DNA of 11,103 bases from Candidatus Thorarchaeota archaeon. Lineage in GTDB: Archaea; Asgardarchaeota; Thorarchaeia; Thorarchaeales; Thorarchaeaceae. The translations under genes and the position numbers were made by a program. The stretch is from positions 1-11,103 of the forward strand of contig RDOC01000017.1 in NCBI GenBank assembly GCA_011364985.1. The letters are read 5' to 3'. Shown piece by piece: positions 9,265 to 11,103 of this stretch. The notes under the pieces were generated by a model that was not told the DNA's origin, searched no databases, and worked only from the letters and a program-made list of their open reading frames with translations. Numbering within the stretch: the stretch's first letter is position 1; every line of letters starts with the position of its first letter.

Positions 9265-9834
9265 TTAGTCGTCCTCCAGAAATGATTCAATGATTCCTTT
9301 CAGTGCTCTCTCGGTCAATTCCTGTCCTGTGTAGTCAACTTCAATTTGGCTTAGCACATTCAACTTCACCTCCTCTGAGTAGAATTGAAGATGTCTTTGG
9401 ATGTTTTGCTTCAAGATCAGCAAAACCGGAAGCAGAAGGTTGATTGATTCTACCAGTTTTTCGTACTCCTCATGCTCCTCTGCGTAGTAATGAAGTGTCT
9501 GAATAAGGTGCGAGCAATTGGTCATTAGCTGTCTCGTAGTTGGATGGTGGATATACACGAAAATCACTCCTGAATGTCCATAGAATGCATCCGGGTTGAT
9601 CTTCAAATCACCGTACTTGACCTTGCCTTTGAGTTTCAGATATGAGTTTAATTTAACAAGCGTTTCGAGAAGTAGACTATAGTAAGGCATCAGTCCGTCA
9701 GCTGTTGCCTTTAGGGCCAGTGACTTTCGGCGTTTTCTCGTGTCAATGATATAATTAATGAAAAGCCCCAGGGCTGTGACTGCAACGGATATAATGGAAA
9801 TCATTGTTGCCACACCGATAGGCTCGACCTGCAA
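9265..9834 (-). CDS. Hypothetical single-pass membrane protein (N-terminal TM anchor plus helical cytoplasmic domain)
   Basis: Hydrophobic IGVATMISIISVAVTALGLFINYII is followed by basic RKRRK (positive-inside rule). TTG start behind GGAGTGTGA. The stop is 2 nt before the GTPase ATG. Confidence 0.75.
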   Translation of the reverse strand: MQVEPIGVATMISIISVAVTALGLFINYIIDTRKRRKSLALKATADGLMPYYSLLLETLVKLNSYLKLKGKVKYGDLKINPDAFYGHSGVIFVYIHHPTTRQLMTNCSHLIQTLHYYAEEHEEYEKLVESINLLLPVLLILKQNIQRHLQFYSEEVKLNVLSQIEVDYTGQELTERALKGIIESFLEDD

Positions 9835-10239
9835 TCAAATATCACACTCCAATAGCAAAACATCGACATTCTCATTAGGCTTCTTTATCTATCTTGTTGA
9901 GAATCACAATAGCCGATTTTACTCTGATTTTCTCATTCCTGTTGGCGCCTCTTGGAGTACGCAGAAAATGCATTGCATCACCACTTGCCTGCAAAATTGG
10001 CCAAATCCTGCAACCGCATAGTTCTGTTTACTTCTTTGTAGTACTTCAAAAACGAACACAACGTATTAAGGATGTATCATAACATCGGTTCTGCACCAGT
10101 CTTCAAAATCGACAGATTCCGAAGAGTTCCTTGATACTCTCTAGTCATATTCGTGAGGTATATCTCATCAAAACTCAATGGGAAAAGCTTGTTCTCCAAA
10201 TTCAGTTGAAAATGTAAATCGGTCATTGCTCAGACGACA

Positions 10240-10341
10240 GAGGCGTGTGATCCAAGACTCGGGAGTATGACTCGCGCAGTACCTAGTGTTGTCAAGGGTC
10301 GAAGTTGTAACAGATAATGCCTCCATCTTTTGCAAGTTGTT
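10240..10341 (+). repeat. Direct repeat copy 2 (displaced 23S 3' tail plus trailer; attR-like)
   Basis: GAGGCGTGTGATC (10240-10252) matches 728-740 at 11/13. A spacer 7 nt longer than in copy 1 follows, then 10268-10314 (46/47 identical to 749-795) and GCCTCCATC. Confidence 0.92.
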
Positions 10342-10397
10342 TTCGTTCTTCATTGTGATTGTAACTAAGAGAAAATCTCTTCTGGTTTTCTTCTTTT

Positions 10398-10817
10398 CTA
10401 AGGGCTATGCCTAGACTGGCGGGACCAGTACACAATCCCACAAAAGATGGGGATGAGAAGCAGAGGAACAAAGAGTATGAGATGTTCGGTTCCCCCATGG
10501 GTCGAGTCAACCACACAGACAATCAGTCCGTACAAACTCATCAGGATAGAGCCTCCTATATGAATATTCCAAGTGTTATATTCCTCATCGAACCAAAGAC
10601 TCAAGCCGGTGGGCATAAGAACTATAGCAGCAATGAACATGGAAACAACTGATATGGCGTATCCGGGTAGATACTGGAAAAGGGCAACAATCATCATGAA
10701 CACGCCGTCAGCAAAGAGGATAACAGCAACAATCGCTGTCAATCTGTCTGTCGACCGCTTCCTCCGACCTGCTGATTTCAAGTATCCACAAGACTCCTTC
10801 CAGAATTGGTCAAGCAT
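10398..10817 (-). CDS. Hypothetical membrane protein, ~4 TM helices (outside the island)
   Basis: Four hydrophobic stretches (LTAIVAVILFADGVFMMIVALF; YAISVVSMFIAAIVLMPTGLSLW; IHIGGSILMSLYGLIVCVV; LILFVPLLLIPIFCGIVYW) with basic flanks. The start is uncertain. Confidence 0.7.
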   Translation of the reverse strand: MLDQFWKESCGYLKSAGRRKRSTDRLTAIVAVILFADGVFMMIVALFQYLPGYAISVVSMFIAAIVLMPTGLSLWFDEEYNTWNIHIGGSILMSLYGLIVCVVDSTHGGTEHLILFVPLLLIPIFCGIVYWSRQSRHSP

Positions 10818-11103
10818 ACTTCAATGATATCCTTTTTGTTTGAAGAGCCTTCTCCTAGACGCATAGAAGGAGATCAAGTAATAGTATCTCTAAACCTTCA
10901 TCGGGCAAGTTCTCTTCCTAGTGCCTTCCCCCTTTATCGTTCTTTTTTCCTAACCCAAGAATCAACGGCATGCCACACACTGGATGAGAGTTGTGTTGTT
11001 CTCGAAGGAGGTGTTGCCTAAGTCGTGCCTGCCATTGCTTCTAATTGTTGGCTCAAATCTCCCACAAAGAGGATGAGCTGAAGCAACTCTATATCGACGT
11101 GCA

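Noticed and set aside
10168-10353. 61-aa minus-strand ORF
   Set aside because: It spans repeat copy 2 and has no independent coding evidence.
9758-11021. Short ORFs 9758-10021, 9894-10082, 10292-10522, 10407-10652, 10573-10827 and 10806-11021
   Set aside because: They overlap better-supported genes or lack protein-like features.
11018-11103. Possible 3' end of a minus-strand gene running off the window (HVDIELLQLILFVGDLSQQLEAMAGTT*)
   Set aside because: Only 27 codons are visible, too few to support a call.

Overview
Archaeal window, very probably Asgard: it has a Rab-like GTPase, an enlarged 23S helix-98/ES39 region and archaeal GGTGA/GGAGG ribosome-binding sites. It opens with the 3' end of a 23S rRNA gene (1-~740). 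This gene carries a 186-nt, ORF-less, highly structured bulge-helix-bulge (BHB) intron (54-239) inserted between the equivalents of E. coli A2450 and A2451 in the peptidyl-transferase centre. The last ~13 nt of the 23S plus ~80 nt of its trailer are duplicated ~9.5 kb downstream (728-822 vs 10240-10341; core 46/47 identical). The two copies bracket an integrase-less genomic island inserted at the 23S 3' end. The island is rich in nucleotide-acting enzymes: (i) a minus-strand operon of uracil-DNA glycosylase, radical SAM (Twitch/SPASM-type) and HD-CE-like hydrolase; (ii) a divergently transcribed, catalytically complete SAMHD1/COG1078-type dNTP triphosphohydrolase; (iii) a small wHTH-like protein; (iv) a minus-strand operon of single-pass membrane protein, Rab-like small GTPase and a second SAMHD1-like HD protein with a degenerate active site. 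The island is a candidate nucleotide-targeting antiviral locus (inference). A 4-TM membrane protein gene lies just outside the right repeat.
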